Shown one piece after another: positions 27,148-39,847 of a stretch of 64,000 bases of DNA. Within the stretch, counting starts at the first letter, position 1; every line of letters begins with the position of its first letter. The translations under genes were made by a program, and so were the position numbers. The DNA is from Eledone cirrhosa (lineage: Eukaryota), in assembly GCA_964016885.1 (NCBI GenBank), contig OZ024747.1, positions 31,620,001-31,684,000 of the forward strand, written 5' to 3'. The notes beneath the pieces were generated by a model, which was not told the origin of the DNA, ran no database searches, and worked only from the letters and a program-made list of their open reading frames with translations.

Positions 27148-27600
27148 CGATATTAAATAAATGGAAACTATATTTATAAAACCATATTTATTTCATTATA
27201 TATATTTCAGGGATATCATATTAACAATATGCTATGCCTTCCTCAGACAAAATACAATATAAACAGTTTTATAGATAAATAGATTTGACATACCGTACAA
27301 CATCGACTTGTATTTGAAAAGTTGAATTTTCAAATACAAGTCGATGTTGTACGGTATGTCAAATCTATTTATCAAATCTATTTATCTATAAAACTGTTTA
27401 TATTGTATTTTGTCTGAGGAAGGCATAGCATATTGTTAATAAGATATCCCTGAAATATATATAATGAAATAAATATGGTTTTATAAATATAGTTTCCATT
27501 TATTTAATATCGTAAATATACTCCAAATACTTGTCGAGTGCTTTTATATCAGTTATAAATATTTACTAGTTGTAACCCAACAATTTAAATATAACTTTCC
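27146..27600. repeat. near-perfect palindrome (175-bp arms, 6-nt loop) of a hammerhead-bearing PLE-like tail
   Basis: 27146-27320 is the reverse complement of 27327-27514 apart from a 13-nt duplication and about 1 substitution. (TA)n both sides. Confidence 0.9.
27410..27467 (+). ncRNA. minimal type I hammerhead (mirror copy at about 27193-27250, -)
   Basis: ttgt CTGAGGA AGGcATA...TATcCCT GAAA T ATAT ATA atga, then aataaa. Confidence 0.7.
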
Positions 27601-27628
27601 ATGTATATATATATATATATATATATAT

Positions 27629-27778
27629 AGGGCGGGTAAAATTCCCGAGATCCATGGACGAGTTCTCTCCAGCGGTCTCTGTCCCTCATTATCGCTGCCA
27701 TGTCCTGCGTCTCAAACAGACCAGTGTCTGTCCTTAGGGCATCAACATACGTTAACCTCGGTCTTCCACTTCCAGTGT
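27629..27778 (-). mobile_element. RTE/RTE-X LINE extreme 3' fragment
   Basis: Minus-strand [16 protein letters not shown]...MRDRDRWR. Confidence 0.65.
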
Positions 27779-28168
27779 TTATGTGTGTGTGTGAAGGAAT
27801 AAGATCGTATGTGTGTGTGTGAAGGAATATGACAGTGACAGTAATGATAATGATGATGATGATTAAAGAAAGTCAAACAGCATAAAGAGACAAATAAATA
27901 AATAAAAATAAGAGAAAAATCAGCATTATGACAAAATTTACTGGTCTGATTTACTGGTCTGGATCTAATCTTAAAATGTTCTTCAGTATAAAAATCTAAA
28001 CAATAAAACATAAATACATCTGAGTGAGTGTGTGTGTGTAGAGAGAGAGAGACATATATATATTTATATATATACATATATATACGTATATATATATACA
28101 TATATTTATATATATACATATATATACATATATATACGTATATATATATATACATATATATATATATG

Positions 28169-28201
<33 letters not shown>

Positions 28202-28238
28202 GCCTCTCTCTCTACACTCACATGTATTTATTATATAT

Positions 28239-30823
28239 ATTCCAAAGCATATTACTTGATGCTTTCGACAGTGAGGAAGAGCAATTAGAGACGTACAAGG
28301 TAGAGGAACAGTGGGAATTCCTGAAAGCAAACCTGCTGACGGCGGCAGACGAAGTCTGTGGCTGGAGCAGGCCTGTAGGCAGGAGGAGAGTAACATGGTG
28401 GTGGAACAGTAAGGTGGAGGGGTCAATTAAGGCCAAAAAGCAGGCTTGGAACGTATGGCGGGATGGGGGAAGCAGAGAAGACTATCAAGTGGCCAGGAGG
28501 GAAGCTAGGAGACAAGTGTACTTCGTAAGAAGGGAAGCAGAGGAAAGAAAGTTCAAGCATGTTCTACAACGCGATGACCAAAAACGTGAGGTGTTCAGGA
28601 TTGCTAGGCAATGTGGCAAGGAAAACAGTGATATTGTTGGGGAGAAGTGTGTACTTAACGATGACGGTATACTTGCCATCACCGACGCCGATAAGAAGGT
28701 AGCTTGGAAGTGTCACTATGAAAGGCTACTAAATGAGGAGAATAAATGGGAGAAAGACAGTCTCCCCCACATCGACCCAATAGAGGGACCAGCAGTGTTA
28801 GTCGAGGGTAGTATAATAAGTAAGGCAATCAAAGATATGAAGACAGGCAAGGCGGCTGGGCCTTCGGAAATAGTTGCCGAGATGCTGAAGGCATCTGGTA
28901 CGGTGGGACACACCATGGTCACCCGGATAGTCAACCAAGTCATACAGAATGGGGTTGTTCCGAAGGACTGGCGCAGCAGCATTATCGTTAACTGTTATAA
29001 GGGTAAAGGAGATGCCCTAGATAGGAGTAACTATAGAGGCATTAAATTAATCGACCAGGTCATGAAGGTCAAGGAAAAAGTTATAGCGCAACTAATCAGA
29101 GAGCGAATTGATCTAGATGAAATGCAGTTCGGGTTTGTGTCAGGAAAAAGTACCACAGACGCTCTTTTCATTGTACGACAACTACAGGAGAAGTACGTAG
29201 CTAAAAGTAAACCCCTATACCTAGCTTTCGTCGACTTGGAGAAGGCCTTCGACAGAGTCCCCCGTTCCATTATCTGGTGGGCTCTTAGAAAACTAGGTGT
29301 TGATGAATGGCTTGTTAGAGCTATACAAGCCATGTATAAAGAAACAGTTAGCAAGGTTAGAATTAACAACGAATATAGTGAAGAGTTTAGTGTAAAAGTT
29401 GGTGTTCATCAGGGCTCTGTTCTTAGCCCCCTACTATTTATTATTGCCCTCCAGGCTATAACAGTGGAGTTCAAGACCGGCTGCCCATGGGAACTCCTAT
29501 ACGCAGATGATCTAACGCTCATAGCTGAATCAATGGCCGAGCTAGAGAAGAAATTCCAAACATGGAAGCACGGCCTAGAATCAAAAGTCCTTAAAATTAA
29601 CCTAGCTAAGACTAAAGTTCTAGTTTGTAAGAAAGAAAATAAGGCGGCGGTCCCCTCCGGGAAGTGGCCATGCGCAGAGTGTAGGAAAGGCGTAGGTAGA
29701 AATTCCATTTTGTATCCCAAATGCAAAGTTTGGGTGCATAAAAGATGTAGTGGGATTACAGGTAAGCTAACTAAGAACATAGATTTTACATGTGGCCGGT
29801 GTTCTGGGGATATAAGTAGCAGCAAGTGCCCACAAAATACTAGCTCTTTCAACTGCGCAGAGGGTTCTATAGAAATAGTGGACAGCTTCCGTTACCTGGG
29901 TGACAAAATCAGCAGTGGGGGAGGGTGCTCTGAAAGTACAGTAGCTAGAGTCAGAACTGGGTGGAAAAAGTTCAGAGAGCTTATACCACTATTAGCCGCT
30001 AAAGGGTTCTCCCTAAAAATGAAAGGCAGGTTGTACGATGCCTGCATACGAACAGCAATGTTGCATGGCAGTGAGACCTGGGCATTGTGTGCAGAGGATA
30101 TACGCAGACTAGAGAGAAACGAAGCTTGCATGCTCCGCTGGATGTGTAATAGTAATATACGTGAACGACAAAGCGTAAACGAACTAAGGAAAAAATTAGA
30201 AATAAGAGGGATCAGATGTGTTGTTTACTAGAGAGAAGGCTATGTTGGTATGGTCACGTGATGCGCATGAAGGATGATAGCTGTATAACAAAGTGCAGGG
30301 CAATAAAGATAGACGGAAGCCACGGAATAGGCAGACTCAGAAAAATCTGGGACGAGCTGATAAACACCGACCTCACACACTTACACCTCACCAAGACAAT
30401 GTCATTGGACCGAGACCTTTGGCGGTACTCAGTAATAAAGACCCGCCTTGCCAGTAGGCATCTCTAACAAAATACACCCCGTCCCACCACCACCACCCCC
30501 ACCCCATCCACACCGCCCCGTTCTATGTAAAGTTATGTTGGTGCCGCGCCATCCAGGCCGAAACAAATGAGATTGTGTAGGTGTCACGACAAAAAAACAC
30601 ACAGTCCACGCTGTAATGTGGCCGTGTAGGCAACACGGTAAAAACCTCCCAGACCCACACTGTAAATGTGGTTGGTGTTAGGAAGGGCATCCAACTGTAG
30701 AAAACCTGCCAGACAGTCCTATGCGAGCAAGAAAATCACTCTTGCCTCAAGTGGGACTACCCCCGTCCAAACCCATGCAAGCGTGGAACACGGACGTTAA
30801 ACGTTGATGATGATGATGATGAT
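28239..30823 (+). mobile_element. 5'-truncated RTE LINE (family 2), ORF2 remnant 28239-30467 plus structured 3' UTR and (GAT)n tail
   Basis: TWWWN, KAAGPSEI, YKGKGDAL..NYRGIKL, full RT motifs, PHD-like insert, one frameshift. Confidence 0.95.
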
Positions 30824-30827
30824 GTAT

Positions 30828-31024
30828 AGTAATAATTGTTTCTACTTGTGGCACAAGGCCAGCAATAACCCAGTGCATTACTGGTACTTTATTTTATCGA
30901 CCCCCGTAAGGATGAAAGGCAAAGTTAACCTCGGCGGGATTTGAACTCAGAATGGCAAAGGCCGTAACTCTTTGCGTCAAAGCATGGCGTCCGACCTTCT
31001 ACCGATACTGCCAATCCACCGCCC
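30828..31024 (-). mobile_element. full-length SINE family B
   Basis: Head ggcggtggattggcagtatcggtag, B box gagttcaaatc, (att)n tail. Confidence 0.9.
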
Positions 31025-31129
31025 TATATGTATAGTAATAGTAATAAATGTGAAGAGTAGAATCCAAAGAGGGCTCAATAAGGATAAATATATATCAAAT
31101 ATATAAGAACCCTAGAGCAAATATTTATT

Positions 31130-31256
31130 AAAATAACAGATTAAAGTTTAAGCAAAGAATCGCTGCCTTCACCATTAACGGGATCTTCTGAAACTGAGGA
31201 GTTTTAGAAGATCCCATTAAGGGTGAAAGCAGCGATTCTTTGCTTAAACTTTAATG

Positions 31257-31262
<6 letters not shown>
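31130..31262. repeat. imperfect palindrome with about 65-bp arms and a hammerhead-like motif
   Basis: aaaataacagattaaagtttaagcaaagaatcgctgc...gcagcgattctttgcttaaactttaatgttatttt. Confidence 0.85.
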
Positions 31263-31289
<27 letters not shown>

Positions 31290-31316
31290 CACGTATATAT
31301 ATATAAATATATATAA

Positions 31317-31962
31317 ATGGCTTCTCTTTCTAATTTTTACTTCATATGTATCACATTCGCAACAACACAGCACGGTATTTTTCATTCCTATATGCTTTCC
31401 CCTTCGCTGTGACCTGTCTTTTTCTCTTCCCTTACTGCTATCCTCTTTCTCTCTCCCTCTTCTCTCTCCTCCTTCTTACTTTCATTCACCCCCTCTGCTA
31501 GTCACCCTCTCTCGGCTAGCCTCTTCCTCACACTTTCACTCACTCACTCTCTGCTACTCACCCTCTCTCTCACTTCCTCCATCGTCCGACACCGTGCGAA
31601 ATTCTTTTCTCGCTCACTTTTCGCATGGTACGGATATGTCTTTCGTCTTCTCCTCAATGTTCACAAGTTCTTATGTTCAAATGAATCGTTGACTTGATTT
31701 TCTCATTTTTTCCCCTCTTTACGTTATCTCACCATTCATGTTTGTTTACCTGTCTTTCTTTCTCCACCCAATTCTTTTTATCCCAATAACTTATTTAAGT
31801 TATTGTTCACGCTAGCCAGAGGTATCTGATTTTTAATGCGAAGAAATACCTATGATGGCTAGTATTTCATTGATGATGGATAGTCCTGGCTTCTCTTTCT
31901 AATTTTTCCTTCATATGTATCACAATTGTAACAACACAGCACGCCATTTTTCATTCCTATAT
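31317..31962 (+). mobile_element. unclassified element with about 75-bp terminal direct repeats (possible PLE partial tandem)
   Basis: tggcttctctttctaattttt...ttttcattcctata at 31317 and 31887. CT-rich interior. (TA)n flanks. Confidence 0.5.
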
Positions 31963-31974
31963 ACACATATATAT

Positions 31975-32160
31975 AATAATAATTGTTTCTACTTTTGGCA
32001 CAAGGCCAGCAATTACCCAGTGTATTACTGGTACTTTATTTTATCGACCCCCGTAAGGATGAAAGGTAAAGTTAACCTCGGCGGGATTTGAACTCAGAAT
32101 GGAAAGGCCCGTAACGCTTTGCGTCGAAGCATGGCGTCCGACCCTCTACCGATATTGCCA
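31975..32160 (-). mobile_element. SINE family B
   Basis: Matches 30828-31024. Confidence 0.88.
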
Positions 32161-32618
32161 ATATAATATGATTATGTGTGAGTGAATATATAGATATCTA
32201 GTTATAATCTGTGAATGTCTAAAATGTTCATGAAAGCATATATGCAATTGCATGTGACTATGAGTGCATCTAAATTGCCACATCCATATATGTGTATGTA
32301 TTTATATATGAATGTGTGAAAATGAAATAAGTTCACTATTGTTATATTTAGTGTTCAGTTTATTTCTAGCTTAGCTTAGTTTCAGTAATGTATGTCAAAA
32401 CAATCTGTTTCATTCGATATAGAACATCTGTGCAATGTACAAGCATAAATTAAATAGTAGATGCTTGTTAGCTCATGCATGGAGAGCTATCTGCTCAAGC
32501 TGCATGCAAACCTGTTTTGTTGTTGATCAGTTAGGACTATGAGATATTACTATATTTAATCCTTTGGGAGAATTACAAATATCCACAAAAAACAATGCTT
32601 TATTCTGAATTTATGATA

Positions 32619-33285
32619 TTAACCATCTCAGGCCTGATCCCCTGTGTCTAATTTTAACCATCTCAGACCTGATCCCTTGTGTCTAACTTTAACCCTCTCA
32701 GACCTGATCCCCTGTGTCTAACTTTAACAAGCTCAGACTTGATCCCTTGTGTCTAACTTTAACCATCTCAGACCTGATCCTCTGTGTCTAACTTTAACCA
32801 TCTCAGACCTGATGCCCTGTGTCTAACTTTAACCCTCTCAGACCTGATCCCCTGTGTCTAATTTTAACCCTCTCAGACCTGATCCCCTGTGTCTAACTTT
32901 AACCCTCTCAGACCTGATCCCCTGTGTCTAACTTTAACAAGCTCAGACTTGATCCCTTGTGTCTAACTTTAACCATCTCAGACCTGATCCCCTGTGTCTA
33001 ACTTTAACCCTCTCAGACCTGATCCCCTGTGTCTAACTTTAACCATCTCAGACTTGATCCCCTGTGTCTAACTTTAACCATCTCAGACTTGATGCCCTGT
33101 GTCTAATTTTAACCCTCTCAGACCTGATCCTCTGTGTCTAACTTTAACCATCTCAGACTTGATCCCCTGTGTCTCACTTTAACCATCTCAGACCTGATGC
33201 CCTGTGTCTAATTTTAACCCTCTCAGACCTGATCCTCTGTGTCTAACTTTAACCATCTCAGACTTGATCCCCTGTGTCTAACTTT
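32619..33285. repeat. 35-bp minisatellite, about 19 copies
   Basis: Unit aaccmtctcagacctgatcccctgtgtctaacttt, no spacers. Confidence 0.95.
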
Positions 33286-33432
33286 GCCCTCATATTCGGC
33301 TCCTGAGCAGGAAAATAAATAATTGCATACACAGTTCAAGAGTAATGATTGCAGGCAAATTAATGGACAGAATCAACACAAGGTGCAATAAATGTTGAGG
33401 GTAAAGTTAGACACAGAAGACCAGCTCTGAGA
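33251..33432. mobile_element. MITE whose left terminus equals the minisatellite unit
   Basis: tgagggtaaagttagacacagaagaccagctctgaga (33397-33432) is an inverted copy of the last unit plus gccctca. Confidence 0.6.
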
Positions 33433-34255
33433 CACATACACTTTACATCAAAGGACTTTAGGCAGGTTAAAGAAAAATAAACAAACAGTTTAGAATACAT
33501 TTTCAACCAACTTTAACAAATATATAATAGATGAATTGTATGCATTGCTTGCTCATGGAATTAATGTGTAAGTGGCTAAGAATTCCATGGATATGTGTAT
33601 CCTTAATACCATTCTTAAGGAAATTAATATTCATTGAACAACTGATACACTCATCATTGAAATTGATGGAGATCCATATGTATGTATGTATGTATGTATG
33701 TACTAGACTGGTACTCTTTTTATTGACTTCGCATTGATGAAAGGCAAAGTTGACCTCAGTGAGATTTGAACTCAGAGAGAAGAAAGATGAATGAATACCA
33801 CAAAGCATTCTATCGGGCGTTCTAATGATTTTTTGCCAAGTTGCTGCCTGGGATTTCTTTAACTTTATATCAAATATGGATAGTAGCTACTATTGACTGA
33901 CATAGACATTTGGTCTCAGACACATGTTTGAAATTTTCTTTAATAAGATATGTTATGAGTCATGAAAAAATGTTTTGGAAAATTCAAGATATCCATTTAA
34001 ACAGACACATAAACCACTTCTTTTCATTTCATGATATTCTTAGACACTCTAAAGTGACAAAAACTGTTGTCAAACATCTGAGTCTAACACAATTATAGAG
34101 TAGTAGACTTTATAATATACAATGTTGTTGGATTTCCATCGTTTCTGATGGTGACTGCTCCAGTTGATTCTATCAATTAAAAAAAACCTTGTGGAATTAA
34201 TCTATAAGGGTGTATGGAATGAAATTCCTTATAGAAAATTACTTGGAACAATATC

Positions 34256-34410
34256 AATAACCTCATATTCGTGCAAGATGTAGCACCTCCTCATTTTGCA
34301 CACACTATCCATGAGTGGCTTGATGTCCAATTTTCAGAATGTTGGCTGGGTCATTGAGGTTCACAGGAATGGCCAGCGAGAAGCCCTGACTTGACATTAT
34401 GTTATTTTGT
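34256..34410 (+). pseudogene. mariner-like (rosa/DD41D-type) transposase fragment
   Basis: NLIFVQDVAPPHFAHTIHEWLDVQFSECWLGH*GSQEWPARSPDLTLCYF. Confidence 0.75.
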
Positions 34411-35449
34411 CCCTTTGTGGCAGGGGGAAAATCAAAAGTTCATGTATGGACCAACATATCGCCTGAGTTCCTGATGAAGTCAGTCGAGGATTTACTCAGA
34501 CGATTAAATAGGGAGTTTCTTTCCACCCTCCCTACAGATAGCTGAGCATTGTACAGACATGTACACCCTTAAAATAGTTTTCAGGGAGAGTCAACATGAC
34601 ACAATATAGATTCATTATGTAATTAAATGAAAGTATTTTGGGTATTTCAAAGGGGATGGAAAAAAGTTACATTTTATATTTATGGATATCTAAAGTGGTG
34701 AATAGAAAGATACTCTAGAATACCAAACTACATGGCCTATGGCTTTGGTTTTTTACTCAAACAATGTTCTAAATTCTAATCCTACAGTAGTTAACTTGGA
34801 TTTGAATTCTTCTAATGTTAATACATATACATCAGGTAAAAAAAATAATGAAAAACCTATTTAATCAATACATATTATAGGTGGATGCTCGTGTATCAAC
34901 CGAGACAGGACTCAGACTCTGATCCTTCATTCTCTGAATCTAGCTTGCTTACAAATAAGTCAATTTACAATAAATGGAAGAATTAAGCACGTTTGATAGA
35001 TAGAACAATAATTTAACACTGAAACAGTAGCATTAAAGATATAATCAATCTATAGATCTAGTGATCAATTGCATCTTTAAAGAAGAAAATGAGAAATTTT
35101 CCAGTAATATTAAACCCAATATATTAACACAAACTGCCTCTGTTATCTATTTTTGAGCTGATACACTTAACTTAATTGAAACCGTACCATAACACAGCAC
35201 AACTATTTCACCATGATACTTTGGTTTTTAAGCCACAGAGAGGATCTCTACATGACCATTCAAACTGTTAGAAACAGTAGCAGAATATCTATCAAATCAT
35301 ACCCTAAAATCTTTAAAAGGGAAAGGGAACATATTTTTCAAGAAAAATATAGTCCTACATCAATGTTCTCTTGAATTTCTAGTAATCATTGAGTAAAAAT
35401 CTTATAGTGTGCTAAATATTTCTTCTAACAAAAAATAGGAAGCTGTAGT

Positions 35450-35610
35450 AGAGGTAGACCAAGGAAAACATGGACAAAGGTGGTGAGAGCTGATCTCAAA
35501 TCACTGAGACTCATGGAGGAGATTACGATGGAACATGGCAAGTGGAGAGATGCTGGGCTGAAAAGGACCTATCTTACCCTTGCAAATATGGAACAATGGA
35601 CGTAAAAGCA
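35450..35610 (+). mobile_element. RTE family 1 3' fragment
   Basis: Homologous to 10575-10737. Confidence 0.75.
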
Positions 35611-35904
35611 ATGTACGTAAATAGTATAGTAAAAATTATGTACCACAGCATCTGGACATTTATCATCTGATAGGTTGTTGAAACACCTACCTTCACTTGC
35701 TTAATGCCATATGAAACTGGGATAAGTTTCTGCCTGATGTAAGAAACACATAATTTTTTTGACAGGGGATGGTGGAATGGCCCCAGAATGTTAATGGAAC
35801 TTATTTCATCATATTTCATGGTGAAAGAAAGTAAATTTAACCAGGTTATGGTAAAGTTTAGCAGTTCTTTTTAAAATTTGAACCAACATACTTAATCTAT
35901 CACC

Positions 35905-36086
35905 TGTGAATTAGCAGTATCGGTAGAGGGTTGGACGCCATGCTTTCTAGCATAGTTACGTACCTTTACAGTCTGAGTTCAAATCCCGCTGAGGTTAACT
36001 TTGCCTTTCATCCTTACGGGGGTCAATAAAATAAAGTACCAGTAATGTACTGGGTTTGCTGGCCTTGTGCCTAAAGTAGAAACAAC
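35905..36086 (+). mobile_element. SINE family B
   Basis: Family B head, central domain and tail. Confidence 0.85.
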
Positions 36087-37191
36087 TATGTGGCTCTTGA
36101 TTGCTTTTAATAGAATTCACTCTGTTGCAAGGCTCTTGATTGCCTTTAATAGAATTCACTCTGTTGCAAGCATTCAGGCCAGGTCACTAGTTTGATAATA
36201 CCCCCACCTCATCCCACATGTCCCCAGAGCTCCCACAATGTGTCATAGGTACTGTCCATCCTTTCCTGACTAAACCGTAAAACAATAAAACAATACACAA
36301 AAATGTCTGAAAATAGAAACAAAACATTATTAGTTGCACTGTTATTCCCGAAAGACTAAGATTTTTTTTTTTTTTTTTAGCTTGTACTATTTCCCTGACC
36401 ATAACTTTTCCATTAACCTCTCTCAGTTGCCAGACAACATAAGCTAAAAAAAGAGATTACTTTTATTTTATTTTATTTTTCATTAAGCTTCTTTTTATGT
36501 CCGCTGAAATGTGAAGATGTCATTGTGTGTGGGAGGTGTCAACTAATAATCAAAATACTGTATAAGCTATTTAGTCTGGGATGGTACTCTTCCACTTAAC
36601 ACTAGACTGAACACTATTTAACCCAACAGCAATTTAGCAAAAAATATCAACATTTTTATAGTGTCTTCTCTAATGAACAGAAAACTGTAGTGAAAAGTTG
36701 CAGTATTAGAGTAAAGACTTAAATTTTTAATGTGATGTGGTCATAGGAATGTTTTACGCTTTTCAATAAAGTTTTGCTAAAGTAGTTTCATGTGACAGAG
36801 GATGTTGAGTGTTAATAATATACTACTAATATAGAAGACCATTGAAACACGTAAAATACCAACATATTACACCTCATAATCTTATTTATTATATGTATAA
36901 AAATGATAGATTGTAATATATAATAGACAAGACATAAATATTTATATAGATTTCAAAAATAAGCTATCATAGCGTTGAGTAGATTGAATATCTTAGAAAT
37001 TACAGAAATCTCCAATGAAGAAAATAACTGCAATTAGAGTTTAAATAATAGTTTAGAAAATCATAAAAAAACTGACCAGCAGCTTCTACAAAGAATCAAA
37101 CTCAGTCAAGCAAAATAGGAAATTTCAAGTGTTAAACTAATATATCTTCCATTTACTATGCCATTTGTTTTGTTATTTATGTTTACCAATT

Positions 37192-37224
<33 letters not shown>

Positions 37225-38481
37225 CAAGGTGGGGCATAATTCCTGTTACAAAGTTTTAAATCAATTTAAAAATACATTATGTTGCTAACATAACTAATAT
37301 ATTTGTATCAAATCCATGCACTATAACCATATTAAATATTTTTCAGAACATTACTCCATTAACAATTTGCAATGTCCATAGAATTGAAAAGAAAGTTCAT
37401 AATAGTGAAGCATGAAAAAGGCCTGACTCCACCCAAGATATTTAAACTGGGGAAAATTCTTAAGATCAATAGAATGTTGATCAAAAGGACAATCGATTGA
37501 TTTAAGCAAACTTCCTCGACCAAAGACAGACCTCAATCCGGACGCCCTCGCACCTCAAGAAAATCAAAACTCATTAAAAGTGCGAGGGAAAAAATAAGGC
37601 ATAATCCAAGAAGGTCCATGAGAAAAATGGCAGAAGAAGCAGAAGCATCGCCAAGAACTATGCAGAGGATATGTCGAGATGATCTGGGGATGTCATCCTA
37701 TAAGTTCCAAAAGAGGCAGCTTCTTTCTGCAGCCTCAATTGAAAAGAGGCTCTCCAGAAGTAAACTGTTATTGAACCGTATCAAGGATGGCACGCTGCAA
37801 AACATCATCTTTACAGATGAGAAGTTATTCACTGTGCACCAATCTCGCCATCATCAAAATGATGGAGTACTTGCAAAAAGTCTCAAATCAATTCCTTCAA
37901 GTGTAGGAAAAGTGTTCAGAACACAGAAACCAGCATCAGTGATACTTTGGGCAGCCATTTCTGAAAGAGGGAAGTCTCCTCTGATTGTTGTGCCTCAATG
38001 AGTTAAAATTAACAAATAACTTTACATGTTTATGGCGATGACATTTGGACTCTCCAACAAGATGGAGCAACGAGCCTCACTGGTCGCGTAACACAATAGT
38101 GGTGTAGAGATCATTGTCCTGCATGGATCAGTAAGAAGAGTGGCCTCCCACATCACCAGATCTCAACCCTCTCAATTTTTCTTTATGGTCAATTCTTGAG
38201 AGTGAAGCCTGCTCTACTCCTAGCCAAAATATTGAAACTCTAAAATCAAAACTGAATAAAGTATGGGAGAAAATACCCATGGAAACTGTTCGTGCAGCCA
38301 TCGAAGACTTTCCTGGAAGTCTTCGAGCAGTAGTGAGAGCTAGAGGAAAGCATTTCGAATAAATTTTTGTGCAGTTATTTAATAGTATATTACTTACTAT
38401 TTGTTGAAGTCAGATCTTGAAATAAATGTTTTTTTCAAGAACTATTTGCATTTTATTTTGTAACAGTTTTTATGCCCCACC

Positions 38482-38484
<3 letters not shown>
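37225..38484 (+). mobile_element. full-length Tc1/mariner element (maT/DD37D-like), pseudogenised transposase
   Basis: TIRs caaggtggggcataa..ctgttaca / tgtaacag..ttatgccccaccctg in TA. SGRPRT, IIFTDEKLFTV, LQQDGA, WPPTSPDLNPLNFSLW. Confidence 0.9.
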
Positions 38485-38534
<50 letters not shown>

Positions 38535-38537
<3 letters not shown>

Positions 38538-38612
38538 GGTGGGGCATAAAAACTGTTACAAAATAAAATGCAAATAGTTCTTGAAAAAAACATTTATTTC
38601 AAGATCTGACTT

Positions 38613-38615
<3 letters not shown>
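38535..38615 (-). repeat. perfect inverted duplicate of the last 81 bp of the mariner element
   Basis: Reverse complement of 38404-38484 across a (TA)n tract. Confidence 0.92.
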
Positions 38616-38656
<41 letters not shown>

Positions 38657-38664
<8 letters not shown>

Positions 38665-39572
38665 ATTTGGGTTCACAGAAACCAATCGAGGATATTCTAT
38701 AATATCCTTCGATATGGTTTGTTATTTAACCTGATTATATTTTTGTTGTTGTGGTGGCTTCTGGGCTTTGTCCCCTCAACCACAGTTTTCAATTTATTAC
38801 GCTATTTAACGTATGTTTATTACTCTAAAATCTAATTTATCAATTTACCGATACATTCTTATGGAGTGCTTTGTGCTTTTCTTTCGTGGATGCTGACCGA
38901 GTGCCGCAACTTCAATTTTACTAACTTCCACTCTTATTATTCTCTCCTAGTTTTATTAATTAATTAATTAATTTAATTAGTTCATTCTATTGATTGATTA
39001 ATTATTTGTGTTTGTTACCGAATTAGAAGCTCTCAACCTGGTTGAGAGCTTCTAATTTGGTATGTTGGACGGAATCAATTCCTTTGTTCACACTTTGAAT
39101 TTGCTCGCCAAAAACCCGGATGTGTTCCTTCCTCTGCTTCAGAATGAACACATGACAGTGCCACAGTGTGTGCTACTACAGTCACTTATGGCGATGCCTC
39201 ACACCGATTTCTAGGCATGGAACGGTAACCTGTTGATAACATGGGTTCACATTTCGGTCTACAAATACCACAAACTTGCATATTGTGCAAGTCAGATTGT
39301 TGATTTTGATTTCACAGAAACCAATCAAGGATATTGTATAATATTCTTCGATACGGTCCAGGTTTGTTATTTAATCTGATTGTATTTTCGTTGTTGTGGT
39401 GTTTTCTGTGGCTTCATCTCCTTAACCATAGTTTTCAATTTGTCATGCTATTTAACGTATGTTTATTATTCTAAGGTGTAACTTATCAATTTATCAATAC
39501 ATTCTTATTGATAAATCGATAAGTTACACCTGGCCGACTGGCATAACTTTGATTTTACTAACTTCCACTCAT
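38657..39572. mobile_element. unclassified element with about 280-bp direct repeats; solo repeat at 48408-48706
   Basis: gttgattt..ttcacagaaaccaatc.aggatatt...tttactaacttccactc at 38657, 39297 and 48408. (TA)n flanks. Confidence 0.7.
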
Positions 39573-39596
39573 TTATATATATATATATATATATAT

Positions 39597-39847
39597 AATG
39601 AGATGATAGGACTCGGGTCCCTATCATTCCACTGCAAAGTGGTCGTGGAGGTGCCATGGCAAAAAAGCACCCAGTACTCACTGTAAATGAGGTTGGTGTT
39701 AGGAAGGGCATCCAGCTGTAGAAATCAAGCCAGAATCAGTTCCCGTATGAGCAAGACAAGGTCAGCCGACTGGACACTGCCCTCAACAGTACAACCCATC
39801 TAACCCATGCTAGCGTGGAAGAACGGATATAAAATGGTGATGATGAT
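39597..39847 (+). mobile_element. headless SINE A / non-autonomous RTE tail
   Basis: aatgagatgatagg...ggaagggcatccagctg...acccatgctagcgtggaa..(tga)n. Confidence 0.75.

Noticed and set aside
27915-27995. Other CTGANGA hits (27981 minus strand, 34470)
   Set aside because: No convincing GAAA plus stems.
32619-33285. CRISPR-like 35-bp repeats
   Set aside because: No unique spacers, no cas genes, eukaryotic context.
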